DNA of 29,985 bases from Sphaerochaetaceae bacterium (GCA_041672385.1 JBAYZQ010000010.1:1-29985), one strand, 5' to 3'. Numbered from the stretch's first letter, positions 1-8,663 are shown. Notes: generated from the letters alone by a model not told the origin. Translations and numbers: made by a program.

Positions 1-509
1 ACGAAAGAACAACAATTGAAATTGAAGCACAGAAAATGATGCAAACAACTTTTGATCGTTATGGGCTTGGTGTAAAAGTAGTTACTATAAAACTTCAGAA
101 CATTGTTCCTCCAGTTGGTGATGTACAGGATGCATTCGAAGATGTTAATAAAGCTATTCAGGATATGAACCGTTACATTAATGAAGGAAAAGAAGATTAC
201 AACAGCAAAATTCCTGCAGCCCAAGGTGAAGCAGAAAAAATGGTTCTAGTCGCTGAAGGTTATTCAGCAGAAAGAGTCAACAACGCAAAGGGTGATGTCT
301 CAAGATTTACAAGCGTTCAAAAAGCTTATGAAACAAGTAAAGATATTACAAGTACTCGTCTTTATATAGAAACTCTTGAAGAAATTCTAACTTCTGACAC
401 CTCAAAACTGACGCTTATTGATAAGAACCTTGAAAACTTTTTGCCTATCAGCAATATTACAGCTCCGACTTCAAATGCTGTAACAACAACAGATGGAGGC
501 ACTAAATAA
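1..509 (+). CDS. hflK: FtsH protease modulator HflK, C-terminal portion (5' end lies outside the window)
   Basis: The reading frame is open from position 3 through the first ATG at 36 up to the stop at 507-509. The C-terminal sequence (QDAFEDVNKAI...AEGYSAERVNNAKGDVSRF...RLYIETLEEIL) matches the conserved tail of HflK/band-7 proteins. It is immediately followed by hflC with a 1-nt overlap (TAATG). Confidence 0.8.
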   Translation, partial: ERTTIEIEAQKMMQTTFDRYGLGVKVVTIKLQNIVPPVGDVQDAFEDVNKAIQDMNRYINEGKEDYNSKIPAAQGEAEKMVLVAEGYSAERVNNAKGDVSRFTSVQKAYETSKDITSTRLYIETLEEILTSDTSKLTLIDKNLENFLPISNITAPTSNAVTTTDGGTK

Positions 510-1501
510 TGAAAAAAACAGTAAGAAACTTAGTAATATTAGGTGTAATAATAATTATTGTCTTGGTTTTCCAACCTTTCTATATTTTACAAGAAGGCGA
601 ACAAGCAGTAATTACAAGATTTGGAAAGATTATTTCAGTACAAACTGAAAGTGGTTTTAAAATTAAAGTTCCTCTTGTTGATAACGTCGTAAAATACCCT
701 AATAAAATCCTTTCTTGGGATGGTCAAGCACAACGAATTCCAACAAAAGAAAATCAGTTTATTTATGTTGATCCTACAAGTCGTTGGATTATTCAAGATC
801 CTGCAAAGTTCTATGAAACTGTAAACACTGTAGCAAGTGCACAGTACAGACTTGATGATATTCTTGACTCAACAATCAGGACTATTATTAGTGAAAATTA
901 TCTTAATGAAGCAGTAAGAAGCACAAACCAAATCAATAACATGAATGTAGTAGAAACTATACAGAGTGTTGATGATGAACAACAGGCAGAATACTTAAGA
1001 AACCTTACATCAACGACCCTTAAACAAGAAACAATTTCAACAGGTCGTGATGCACTTTCTAGCCAAATGTTGACTCAGGCTGAAACTTTTACACAGGAAT
1101 TTGGTATTGAACTTGAAGATATTGTAATTAGACAGATTCGTTATTCAGATGATTTAACTTTATCCGTTTATCAAAGAATGATTAAGGAAAGAAATCAGAT
1201 TGCTGAAGCTTACAGATCTTATGGACGTGGACGTCAAGCAACTTGGGAAGGAAAAACAGAAAACGAAACAAAACAAATTTTATCTTCTGCCTATGCTCAA
1301 AGTGAGCAATTGCGTGGTAAAGCTGATGCTACAGCAACAGATATTTATGCAGATGCATACTCAAGTGACCCTGAATTCTTTAAATTCTGGAGGACTTTAG
1401 AGTCTTACAAAAAGACACTCCCTCAGCAAAATAAGATTTTATCAACGGATATGGTTTATTTTAATTTACTTTATACCTCTCTTCCAACCTCACTTAGGTA
1501 A
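509..1501 (+). CDS. hflC: FtsH protease modulator HflC (band-7/SPFH family)
   Basis: 330-aa ORF with an N-terminal transmembrane helix followed by an SPFH-like region (QAVITRFGKI...). Partner position directly after hflK, with stop/start overlap. Confidence 0.8.
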   Translation: MKKTVRNLVILGVIIIIVLVFQPFYILQEGEQAVITRFGKIISVQTESGFKIKVPLVDNVVKYPNKILSWDGQAQRIPTKENQFIYVDPTSRWIIQDPAKFYETVNTVASAQYRLDDILDSTIRTIISENYLNEAVRSTNQINNMNVVETIQSVDDEQQAEYLRNLTSTTLKQETISTGRDALSSQMLTQAETFTQEFGIELEDIVIRQIRYSDDLTLSVYQRMIKERNQIAEAYRSYGRGRQATWEGKTENETKQILSSAYAQSEQLRGKADATATDIYADAYSSDPEFFKFWRTLESYKKTLPQQNKILSTDMVYFNLLYTSLPTSLR

Positions 1502-1513
1502 AGAAATTGTATT

Positions 1514-1548
1514 AAAAAAAGGGACTGAAATTCAGTCCCTTTTCTTTT
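1514..1548. terminator. Bidirectional rho-independent terminator between hflC (+) and the convergent ABC permease gene (-)
   Basis: Hairpin gggactga-aat-tcagtccc (1521-1539) flanked by an A-run on the left and a T-run (ttttctttt) on the right, so both strands read a hairpin followed by a U-tract. Confidence 0.6.
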
Positions 1549-1559
1549 ATCTAAAAAGC

Positions 1560-3251
1560 TTAAATATAAAAATCACTACTAATACTGTATAATTCTTCCA
1601 TCTTTTTTATTGCCTGTTTTCTTATAAAAGGGGTAACTGCCAACAGAAATATGTAAACCCCTATGATAGCAAAATCATATGAAAGTAAATCAATAATATA
1701 AAATAAACCACAATTTAAAACAAAAAAAACAAAGGTAATTCCAACTCCTTTAATTCCATTAAAGTTTTGTTTAACAGCCTGTTGAGGAGAAGTCCAGTTT
1801 AAAAAAGGCTTTTGAGAATCTATAAAAAGACCAATATAACTACTGTTTAAAATCAATAAGAAATTAATGCCAATCATCCAAAAAAGATTATAAAAAGGAA
1901 AAGAAAAGAAAGTTAAAGCTGCAATAGTAAATATTACATTTGGAATAAACATCAAAATTAAATGAAAATACACCTTAGCTTTAAAATAATCAAAAGCCTG
2001 TATTGGAAGACATTTGTTGTATATGAATTGATTCCCTTCCCTTGAGATACTTGTAGAACTAACTTGTGAAAGTGACCCCATAAAAGCAAGTGCCGCACAA
2101 ACTAAAACAGGGAAATAAGGGAAGGATTGTACATAGTTAATATTGTCCATTATTTCAGTTAAAACTCCCATAAAAGAATAGACAATTATAAGTATCAAAG
2201 GAATAAGAGCTTCTCCCATTATTTCAAAAATAAAATAAGAACTACTTTTTAAAATTTCCCATTCTCTTAATAATAAAGATTTGACAATTGAATTAGAGGC
2301 TTTTACATTCAAAGTTTTACTATTCTGTTTTTTTACTGCAGTCGAAGAATTCAAACTTAAACACTTTAAATATGACTTATCAATAATTAGGTAAATTAAT
2401 AAAATACAAACAACTGTAAATACAAGATATTTTGGAATTGAAGAAATTGCATAAATATCAAAAAGACTACTACCTGCCCAAACCATGTAAAAACAATAAT
2501 GATAAAGGCTTTCAAAAATTCCTGTAATCATGGAAATTACATCTACTTCAATTTTTCCAGTCATCAAAGAGTTTGATATTGGAATCATTTTCTCAGAAAT
2601 TCTGGTTTGCAAAATCAATATGGCTAGCATTATCATAGAAACAACCATAATTTCCAGATTAGTCTTATCCGCTCCCTTTTTCCCAAATCGAATTACAAGC
2701 ATTGAAATTAAGTTCCCTAAGGCCATTGGTAATAGTTGGAACAAAAACAAAATAATAATTGTTCCAAAAATAAAGCTTTTATAAAATGAATTTACTATAA
2801 AAATATTAACCAAAGCCGGAAGTACCACAAAAAGATGAAAAGGTAAAAGATCAAGATAAAGAACTACTAGTCGACTACTAATAAGCTGTTTAGAACTTAT
2901 AGGAAGTGTTTGTAGCAATTTCAAATCTTTTCCTTTATATAAAATTTGATTTGAATAAATAAAAGAAAACAATAAAACTATTATGAAAGACATAAGAAGG
3001 GAAGAAATAATTCCTCCATCAGGTCTATTCATCAAATATTGAACCATTAAATTTATTCCACTAAAGTTTGAATAAAAAATAAATATAAACGAGGAAGTTG
3101 CAATTACTAGTCCTATAATTATTAATACGGTACCTAATACTTTAAAAATAGGTTTTGTCTTTTTATTGGGATTTTTAAAACTAGTATTTAAAAAACTACT
3201 AAGTTTAAAACCTGTGTATTGGGCTTTTACGAGAAGTTTAACAATATTCAT
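1560..3251 (-). CDS. Large polytopic membrane protein, putative ABC exporter permease with two ~6-TM halves (fused/duplicated ABC-2-like permease)
   Basis: 563-aa ORF that is extremely hydrophobic with 12 or more predicted TM segments. The second half begins with an ABC-2-like amphipathic segment (LLLREWEILKSSSYF). The start lies 3 nt after the stop of the upstream ABC ATPase (TAGggtATG) with an AAGGAG RBS, so it is co-transcribed with the ATPase. Confidence 0.55.
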   Translation of the reverse strand: MNIVKLLVKAQYTGFKLSSFLNTSFKNPNKKTKPIFKVLGTVLIIIGLVIATSSFIFIFYSNFSGINLMVQYLMNRPDGGIISSLLMSFIIVLLFSFIYSNQILYKGKDLKLLQTLPISSKQLISSRLVVLYLDLLPFHLFVVLPALVNIFIVNSFYKSFIFGTIIILFLFQLLPMALGNLISMLVIRFGKKGADKTNLEIMVVSMIMLAILILQTRISEKMIPISNSLMTGKIEVDVISMITGIFESLYHYCFYMVWAGSSLFDIYAISSIPKYLVFTVVCILLIYLIIDKSYLKCLSLNSSTAVKKQNSKTLNVKASNSIVKSLLLREWEILKSSSYFIFEIMGEALIPLILIIVYSFMGVLTEIMDNINYVQSFPYFPVLVCAALAFMGSLSQVSSTSISREGNQFIYNKCLPIQAFDYFKAKVYFHLILMFIPNVIFTIAALTFFSFPFYNLFWMIGINFLLILNSSYIGLFIDSQKPFLNWTSPQQAVKQNFNGIKGVGITFVFFVLNCGLFYIIDLLSYDFAIIGVYIFLLAVTPFIRKQAIKKMEELYSISSDFYI

Positions 3252-3254
3252 ACC

Positions 3255-3995
3255 CTACTCCTTAAAATCATCATCAGTTAAATCTAAGAATAACTTTTCA
3301 AGAGTGGCGTTTTTATCACCATTTTTATTTTTAAGTTCTTCATAAGTTCCCTGAGCAATAAGCTCTCCTTCATTAATAATACCAACAAGATCACAAAGCC
3401 TTTCTGCTACTTCCATAACATGGGTTGAAAAGAACACAGTTTTACCTTCATTACAAAAATCTCTCATCAAATCTTTTAAGACATAGGATGAGTGTGGGTC
3501 AAGCCCAACCATGGGTTCATCTAAAATTAGGATTTCTGGATCATGAACCATTGCAGAAATGATTTCAAGTTTTTGTTTCATTCCATGACTGTAAGAATTA
3601 ATATCTTCTTTCAAATGGTCTTGAAGTTCAAACATTTTTGAGTATTTTTCTATTCGATTTTTTCTGTCTTCTTCATTCACTTTAAAAATATCAGATATAA
3701 AATTTAAATATCGAATAGCAGTCATTTTATCATAAAAAACACTTTCATCAGGTATAAAACCTATTTTTCTTTTTATTTCAATAATATTATTATGATTGTC
3801 AAAGCCATTAACTTCAATTGTTCCACTATCCTGTCCCAAAATACCAACTATCATCTTTATCGTAGTAGACTTTCCAGCACCATTTGGTCCAAGGAAACCA
3901 AAAATTTTCCCATCTGGCACTGTCAGATTTAGTTTTTTAACCGCAGGTTTACTTGCTTTATTGTAAGTCTTTGTTACATCAGTCAACTTAATCAT
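3255..3995 (-). CDS. ABC transporter ATP-binding protein (ABC-2 exporter type)
   Basis: Walker A GPNGAGKST, Walker B ILILDEP, variant signature motif YSHGMKQKLEI, H-loop STH. AGGAGG RBS 5 nt upstream of the ATG at 3995. Confidence 0.85.
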   Translation of the reverse strand: MIKLTDVTKTYNKASKPAVKKLNLTVPDGKIFGFLGPNGAGKSTTIKMIVGILGQDSGTIEVNGFDNHNNIIEIKRKIGFIPDESVFYDKMTAIRYLNFISDIFKVNEEDRKNRIEKYSKMFELQDHLKEDINSYSHGMKQKLEIISAMVHDPEILILDEPMVGLDPHSSYVLKDLMRDFCNEGKTVFFSTHVMEVAERLCDLVGIINEGELIAQGTYEELKNKNGDKNATLEKLFLDLTDDDFKE

Positions 3996-4008
3996 AAAAC
4001 CTCCTAAT

Positions 4009-4034
4009 TCTATTTAGATGTTTTTCTAAATAGA
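4009..4034. promoter_or_regulatory. Perfect 10-bp inverted repeat (tctatttaga-N6-tctaaataga), candidate operator or 5'-leader hairpin for the ABC exporter operon
   Basis: Read directly from the sequence. It lies between the predicted -10 element (4042-4047) and the RBS (4001-4006) of the minus-strand operon, at about the predicted +1 position. No U-tract follows on either strand, so it does not look like a terminator. Confidence 0.45.
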
Positions 4035-4041
4035 TAATAAA

Positions 4042-4070
4042 TATTTATCAAAAAAGGCAATTGCTGTCAA
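4042..4070 (-). promoter_or_regulatory. Sigma70-like promoter for the ABC exporter operon (-35 TTGACA, 17-nt spacer, -10 TAAATA)
   Basis: The minus strand reads gcTTGACAgcaattgccttttttgaTAAATAttt. The -35 is the complement of 4065-4070, the -10 is the complement of 4042-4047, and the spacer is exactly 17 nt. Confidence 0.5.
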
Positions 4071-4209
4071 GCATTTAGGATTTTTTACCTTTAAATGCTA
4101 GGTAAATCAATATCTATTGCATAAAAATACAAAAAATAACTATACATATTGTTAAAAGAAGCAAAATACAATAAAATGAAGGGTAATTCCATTTTAAAGG
4201 AGAAGAAAA

Positions 4210-5505
4210 ATGTCAGACAACAATAACACTGCTACTCTACACATTAACAATCAAAACATTCAATTGCCAATTCTTGAAGACAATGTAGGTAACATTGCTC
4301 TAGATATTAAAAATCTTAGAAAAGATACAGGAATTATAACTTATGACCCTGGCTACAGCAATACAGCTAGTTGCACAAGTAGTATATGCCGTGTCGCTGG
4401 GGAAAAAGGAACTTTATCATATCGAGGTTATCGAATAGAAGACCTTGTTGCGAACTGTGACTTTATTGAAGTAGCTTATTTATTGGTAAAGGGAGAACTT
4501 CCTAATTTAAAAGAAAGAAAGAACTATATGGAACTTTTAAATCGGCATTCCCTTTTGCATGTTGATATGATGAATTTCTTTGGTAATTTCCCAAAACACA
4601 GTCATCCAATGGCCATATTAGCCTCAATGGTTGCTAGTTTAAGTGCCTTCTATCCAGAAATTGAAGATTCAGATCCTGAAGAAAATATTGACCTTACTGT
4701 AACAAGATTACTTTCAAAGATGCGTACAATAGCTGCTTTCACCTATCGTCAGCAGGATGGACAACAATTAGTAAATCCTTCTTATAAGTATAGTTACTGT
4801 GAAAACTTCTTAAACATGTTATTTTATTCACCTGTTAAAGAATATATTATTAACCCTGTGTATGTAAAAGCCTTAAACAAGCTATTGATTCTTCACGCTG
4901 ACCATGAACAAAACTGTTCAACTTCAGCGGTTCGTCTTGTAGGTTCAAGTGAAGCGAATTTATATGCCTCTGTTACAGCAGGTATTTGCGCTTTATGGGG
5001 AAGTAAGCATGGTGGAGCAAACCAAGCTGTTATAGAAATGCTTCAACAATTGATTTATGAAGATATTCCAATCGATAGTTTTCTTTCAGTTATAAAAGAT
5101 AAAAATAATCCTTCTGTACTTTATGGTTTTGGACATAGAATTTACAAAACTTATGACCCTAGAGCTAAAATAGCAAAAGAACTTTGTAAGGAAGTTCTTG
5201 ACTCAACTCATACCAATGACCCTCTATTAGATAAAGCTATTGAATTAGAACAAGCAGCCTTAAAAGACCAATACTTTATTGATAGGAATCTCTATCCTAA
5301 TGTTGATTTCTACACTGGAATAATTTTTCATGCGATGGGTATTCCTACAAACATGTTTACTGTTCTTTTTGCTATGGGACGTCTTCCTGGTTGGATTGCA
5401 CATTATCTTGAATGGAAACATGACCCTTATCAAAAAATAGCTAGACCAAGACAATTATATAATGGACCTGTTGGAAGAACTGTCTTACCAATAGAGAAAA
5501 GATAA
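4210..5505 (+). CDS. gltA: Citrate synthase
   Basis: 431 aa with the hallmark motifs LHADHEQNCS, GFGHRIYKTYDPR and FAMGRLPGW. An A/T-rich upstream region has a candidate TTGCAT/TATACA promoter. RBS AAGGAG. Confidence 0.9.
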   Translation: MSDNNNTATLHINNQNIQLPILEDNVGNIALDIKNLRKDTGIITYDPGYSNTASCTSSICRVAGEKGTLSYRGYRIEDLVANCDFIEVAYLLVKGELPNLKERKNYMELLNRHSLLHVDMMNFFGNFPKHSHPMAILASMVASLSAFYPEIEDSDPEENIDLTVTRLLSKMRTIAAFTYRQQDGQQLVNPSYKYSYCENFLNMLFYSPVKEYIINPVYVKALNKLLILHADHEQNCSTSAVRLVGSSEANLYASVTAGICALWGSKHGGANQAVIEMLQQLIYEDIPIDSFLSVIKDKNNPSVLYGFGHRIYKTYDPRAKIAKELCKEVLDSTHTNDPLLDKAIELEQAALKDQYFIDRNLYPNVDFYTGIIFHAMGIPTNMFTVLFAMGRLPGWIAHYLEWKHDPYQKIARPRQLYNGPVGRTVLPIEKR

Positions 5506-5634
5506 ATTGCTCTAAAACTTAAATTTTGTGTAGAAAAATGTAGTTTAATATCCTTCAACGTAAATTTATTGCTTTTTTATTATTTTTGATTATATTGAAA
5601 TTATAGAAACAATAATGGTTGGAGGAAAATTATT

Positions 5635-6051
5635 ATGAATAAAACAGCAAAAGCAAGTTTTATTATTGGCATTATTTTTTTGGCAATTTCATTGATTTTC
5701 ATTACACTAAGTTTTACTTTCCATGGGCATGAACAGATTGTTCGGGGTTTTAATTATTTCTACTCCTTACAGATTAATTCATCACCTACGCAAAGTTTGA
5801 GAGCACTTCAATTACTGATTCTAGGTTCAGCCTTAATGGTTTCTGGACTTCTTTTATTCATTTTGACCACAGTGTTAAATTTAAAAGATTCTAGAGATAT
5901 CGAAAAAGAATTTAGAACAGTTAAAACTCCTAAAAGAGTTGAGAAACAAAAAGCTCAAGATGTGAACGAAGATACAACTGAAGCCAATACGCAACATTAC
6001 CAAAACAACATTGATTCAGCAAAATCGGTGGATGAAGGAAATAAGGCGTAA
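5635..6051 (+). CDS. Hypothetical small membrane protein (two TM helices, charged Lys/Glu-rich C-terminal tail)
   Basis: 138-aa ORF with a strong GGAGG RBS 9 nt upstream. Two hydrophobic helices (IIGIIFLAISLIFITLSF and LLILGSALMVSGLLLFILTTVL). Followed by a strong terminator. I recognise no family. Confidence 0.5.
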   Translation: MNKTAKASFIIGIIFLAISLIFITLSFTFHGHEQIVRGFNYFYSLQINSSPTQSLRALQLLILGSALMVSGLLLFILTTVLNLKDSRDIEKEFRTVKTPKRVEKQKAQDVNEDTTEANTQHYQNNIDSAKSVDEGNKA

Positions 6052-6090
6052 AAAAACTATGAAATAGATAAAAAGCTATTCCCCTTTTTT

Positions 6091-6121
6091 GGTCATTATC
6101 ATCTGATAATGACCTTTTTTT
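6091..6121 (+). terminator. Rho-independent terminator of the 5635-6051 gene
   Basis: 11-bp perfect stem ggtcattatca / tgataatgacc with a 2-nt loop, followed by TTTTTTT (6115-6121). Confidence 0.75.
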
Positions 6122-6123
6122 GA

Positions 6124-6152
6124 TAATAAAAAAGAGTCCGTTTCCAGACTCT
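6124..6152 (-). terminator. Rho-independent terminator downstream of tRNA-Arg (minus strand)
   Basis: Minus strand reads AGAGTC-tggaaacg-GACTCT followed by TTTTT(A)TT. It faces the plus-strand terminator at 6091-6121, forming a back-to-back terminator pair. Confidence 0.6.
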
Positions 6153-6157
6153 AAAAA

Positions 6158-6231
6158 TAGGACAAGTAGGAGTCGAACCTACGACCTACTGCTTAGAAGG
6201 CAGTTGCTCTATCCAGCTGAGCTATCATCCC
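6158..6231 (-). tRNA. tRNA-Arg (anticodon TCT)
   Basis: The reverse complement folds as a cloverleaf: acceptor GGGATGA, U8A9, D-arm GCTC/AGCTGGATA/GAGC, anticodon arm ACTGC-CTTCTAA-GCAGT (anticodon UCU), variable loop AGGTC, T-arm GTAGG-TTCGACT-CCTAC, acceptor 3' strand TTGTCCT, discriminator A. CCA is not encoded. The acceptor stem has three G.U pairs, including 1:72. Confidence 0.75.
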
Positions 6232-6243
6232 ATAACTTGAGAT

Positions 6244-6272
6244 ATTCTAAATATTTTGGGTTTTCCTGTCAA
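6244..6272 (-). promoter_or_regulatory. Sigma70-like promoter for tRNA-Arg (-35 TTGACA, 17 nt, -10 TAGAAT)
   Basis: Minus strand reads cTTGACAggaaaacccaaaatattTAGAATatctcaagtta followed by the tRNA 5' end. Confidence 0.5.
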
Positions 6273-6323
6273 GTGAATACGGTATTTATTTTGGATATTA
6301 TCACTAAGGAGCAAATAACTCAC

Positions 6324-7562
6324 CTAATTAATATCTTGCTTATTTAAAGTATTATCCTCTTTTCCCTTTTTCTTCGTCCAAGAAAGCATTAAATCCATGC
6401 TTTTGCTTCTTTTTCTTAGGTATAAAACAATAAATTCTAAAACCACAACTATAAACACAATATTAAAACAAAGTTGCATTAAATATCTCCAATCAAAAGC
6501 CTTGTATACGGCTCCTCCTACAACAGAACCAACAACACAAGAAATTGCAAGTACCACCTCATGAATCATCATCCTTCTTGATTTATTGACCGTACCACTC
6601 ATTCCATGAAAAATACTAAAGGAATAAAGAGCACTGAAACAAATTCCAATTAGTATAAATAATAAAATAAAGCCAAGAACACTTGAAATGTTTGCTAACA
6701 CGAGTGCTGCAACTCCAACTAAGAGTTGAAAGAAGATAATCCAACTTATTTTAAAATGCCAAAAATCAAAACGGCCAAAGAATATAAACATTAGAGCAAC
6801 TACAATTCCTTTAATTGAAATAATAGTTCCAGTGGTAGTTTCAGAAATATGCAAAACTTCCAATGCATATATAGGAAAAACAATTTGTGTCATTTGATTA
6901 ACAAAATAAGCTAAAAAAATACCAACCCAGGTAAAATACCTTAAGTAAGTACTATTATCTAACATATTAGAAATATGACTGTTATCTTTATCACTTGGAG
7001 CAATTCTAGCTGAGTTATTATTAATAATAAAAACAAAGGCTAACATCATAATTAAACAAGTAACAAAAAAGGAAAGAGTGGTGGATCTCTCAGCAATAAA
7101 ACCTGAAAAAAATGGACTTATTCCTAAAGCAGAACTCCAAGCAAAATTAAATTTACCCGTTGTTCTGTTAAGCATTTTTCCTTCCTTACCCCTAGTAATT
7201 AAACCGGCCAATTGTGGCCATAAAAGAGATTTAATAGCACCATAGAGAACTAAAAGGACCAAAAATAAATTAAGACTTTTTGTAATTCCCATAAAAAGAC
7301 TAAACAAAAACATTCCACCACAAGCTAAAGCAATACAGACCATTGGTTTTAATTTCTCATAAAATTTTTCAAATATAATACAACTCAAAAAATAACTTGC
7401 TATTTGCAAAGCTGAAAAAATACCAATTTGCATTGAATCCAGTAAGAAAAAGCTTTTTAAGTGAAAAACTAAAGCTAAACCAAAAAGGTTATCTGCACCT
7501 GAGGCAAGAAAAGCAACAAAAAGTAGAAATTTTTGTTCCTTATTATTTAATAATTTTTTCAT
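6324..7562 (-). CDS. MFS-type transporter (12-TM permease)
   Basis: 412 aa with about 12 hydrophobic helices in a 6+6 arrangement, a central loop (KGNTEF...), and a short charged C-terminal tail. ATG start at 7562. Confidence 0.6.
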   Translation of the reverse strand: MKKLLNNKEQKFLLFVAFLASGADNLFGLALVFHLKSFFLLDSMQIGIFSALQIASYFLSCIIFEKFYEKLKPMVCIALACGGMFLFSLFMGITKSLNLFLVLLVLYGAIKSLLWPQLAGLITRGKEGKMLNRTTGKFNFAWSSALGISPFFSGFIAERSTTLSFFVTCLIMMLAFVFIINNNSARIAPSDKDNSHISNMLDNSTYLRYFTWVGIFLAYFVNQMTQIVFPIYALEVLHISETTTGTIISIKGIVVALMFIFFGRFDFWHFKISWIIFFQLLVGVAALVLANISSVLGFILLFILIGICFSALYSFSIFHGMSGTVNKSRRMMIHEVVLAISCVVGSVVGGAVYKAFDWRYLMQLCFNIVFIVVVLEFIVLYLRKRSKSMDLMLSWTKKKGKEDNTLNKQDIN

Positions 7563-7604
7563 GAAGTCATTATGTTTAAACCAAACAAAAGATTCAAGTA
7601 TTTT

Positions 7605-7636
7605 ACAAAAAATAAGTCTGGAATTAATCCAGACTT
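7605..7636 (-). terminator. Rho-independent terminator of the substrate-binding protein gene
   Basis: Stem aagtctgga / tccagactt (7614-7636) with loop attaa. On the minus strand it is followed by TTATTTTTTGT. Confidence 0.6.
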
Positions 7637-7665
7637 AAGCACTATTTCAAATATTATTCTCTCTT

Positions 7666-8415
7666 TTAATAAAGTCCCCATTTTGCTTTTAGTTCTTCCA
7701 ATTTACCATTCTCTTCAAGAATTTTCATTCCATCATTTAGAACTGCTAAAAATTCAGTATTTCCTTTATTTACACACATTGCAATTTCCTCTGTTGTAAA
7801 AGGTTCTCCCACTATTTTTAAAATTCCAGTATAACTAGAATCCTGCAGTACAAACTCACTGGCAATTAAAGAGTCACAAACTGCTGCATCAAGATTACCA
7901 TTTACCATATCAATTAAAGCAAGGCTTATTTCATCATATTGAGATTTCTTTACATCGTAATCATCTAAACAAATATCTCCAGTAGTACCCATCTGAACAC
8001 CTATAGCTTTTCCAGCTAAATCGTCAATTCCAGTAATACTAGATTTAATTGGAACAATTACAACTTGTCCACAATTCAAAAAAGGTGTTGCAAAATCCAT
8101 TACATTCTTTCTATCCTCAGTTATGGTAACTCCACTAGCAATTCCATCATAAGCTCCATTTGACAATCCTGCAAAAATTGAATCCCAAGCTGTGTTTTTA
8201 ACTTCAATTTCGGTTCCAGTTGCTTTTCCAATTTCTTGGGCTAATTCAACTTCAAAGCCTGCTAAATCACCAGCTTCGTTTACAAATTCCAAAGGTGGCC
8301 AAGTAGCATCACTTGCAACTACATATTTTTTAACGTTACTTTCGTTTGCACCTTGTGCAAAACTAAAAGCAAGTACCACAACCAATAATACAATAATAAT
8401 AGTAGACCTTTTCAT
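7666..8415 (-). CDS. Polar amino-acid ABC transporter substrate-binding protein (family 3 SBP)
   Basis: Signal peptide MKRSTIIIVLLVVVLAFSFAQG, then a mature region typical of Gln/His/Arg-type periplasmic binding proteins (ATWPPLEF, GFEVELAQEI, DLAGKAIGVQMGTT). RBS GGAGAAAGG. Confidence 0.8.
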   Translation of the reverse strand: MKRSTIIIVLLVVVLAFSFAQGANESNVKKYVVASDATWPPLEFVNEAGDLAGFEVELAQEIGKATGTEIEVKNTAWDSIFAGLSNGAYDGIASGVTITEDRKNVMDFATPFLNCGQVVIVPIKSSITGIDDLAGKAIGVQMGTTGDICLDDYDVKKSQYDEISLALIDMVNGNLDAAVCDSLIASEFVLQDSSYTGILKIVGEPFTTEEIAMCVNKGNTEFLAVLNDGMKILEENGKLEELKAKWGLY

Positions 8416-8526
8416 AACCTTTCTCCTATAAGCTTATATATATTCATAAATCAATAAATAAACTTTCATAAATGTTGGTATATTTATACATACTTTATTT
8501 TTTATTGTCAACATGTAATTACAAAT

Positions 8527-8557
8527 TTATTCATTAAATTTTCATTTTATTCATTAA
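8527..8557. repeat. Two direct copies of ttattcattaa spaced 20 bp apart in the divergent promoter region
   Basis: 8527-8537 and 8547-8557 are identical 11-mers. They lie in the 248-bp A/T-rich spacer between the divergently transcribed SBP gene and the permease/ATPase genes. Confidence 0.4.
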
Positions 8558-8663
8558 TTATACATTTTTTGCATAAATTAGCAGGTTTTTAATTAATATT
8601 TATACAAAAATATAAATGTTTGTACTAATTGACACAGAGTGAATATATATTTATATTGTACAT

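Noticed and set aside
1200-1400. Internal small ORFs on either strand inside annotated genes (1200-1400 +, 2530-2784 +, 5260-5454 -, 8192-8431 +, 9257-9472 -, 11800-12105 -, 13999-14344 -, 18104-18292 +, 18643-18957 +, 20103-20542 +, 21429-21659 +, 24397-25071 +, 27295-27489 -)
   Set aside because: All lie fully within longer ORFs that carry recognisable conserved motifs. They lack an RBS and have composition typical of out-of-frame or antisense reading of A/T-rich coding DNA.
6120-6347. 75-aa plus-strand ORF
   Set aside because: It overlaps the minus-strand tRNA-Arg gene and its promoter and terminator. It has no RBS and is an artefact of six-frame translation.
7572-7799. 75-aa plus-strand ORF spanning the MFS/SBP intergenic region
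   Set aside because: It overlaps the minus-strand terminator hairpin and the 3' end of the SBP gene. It has no RBS and I judge it spurious.
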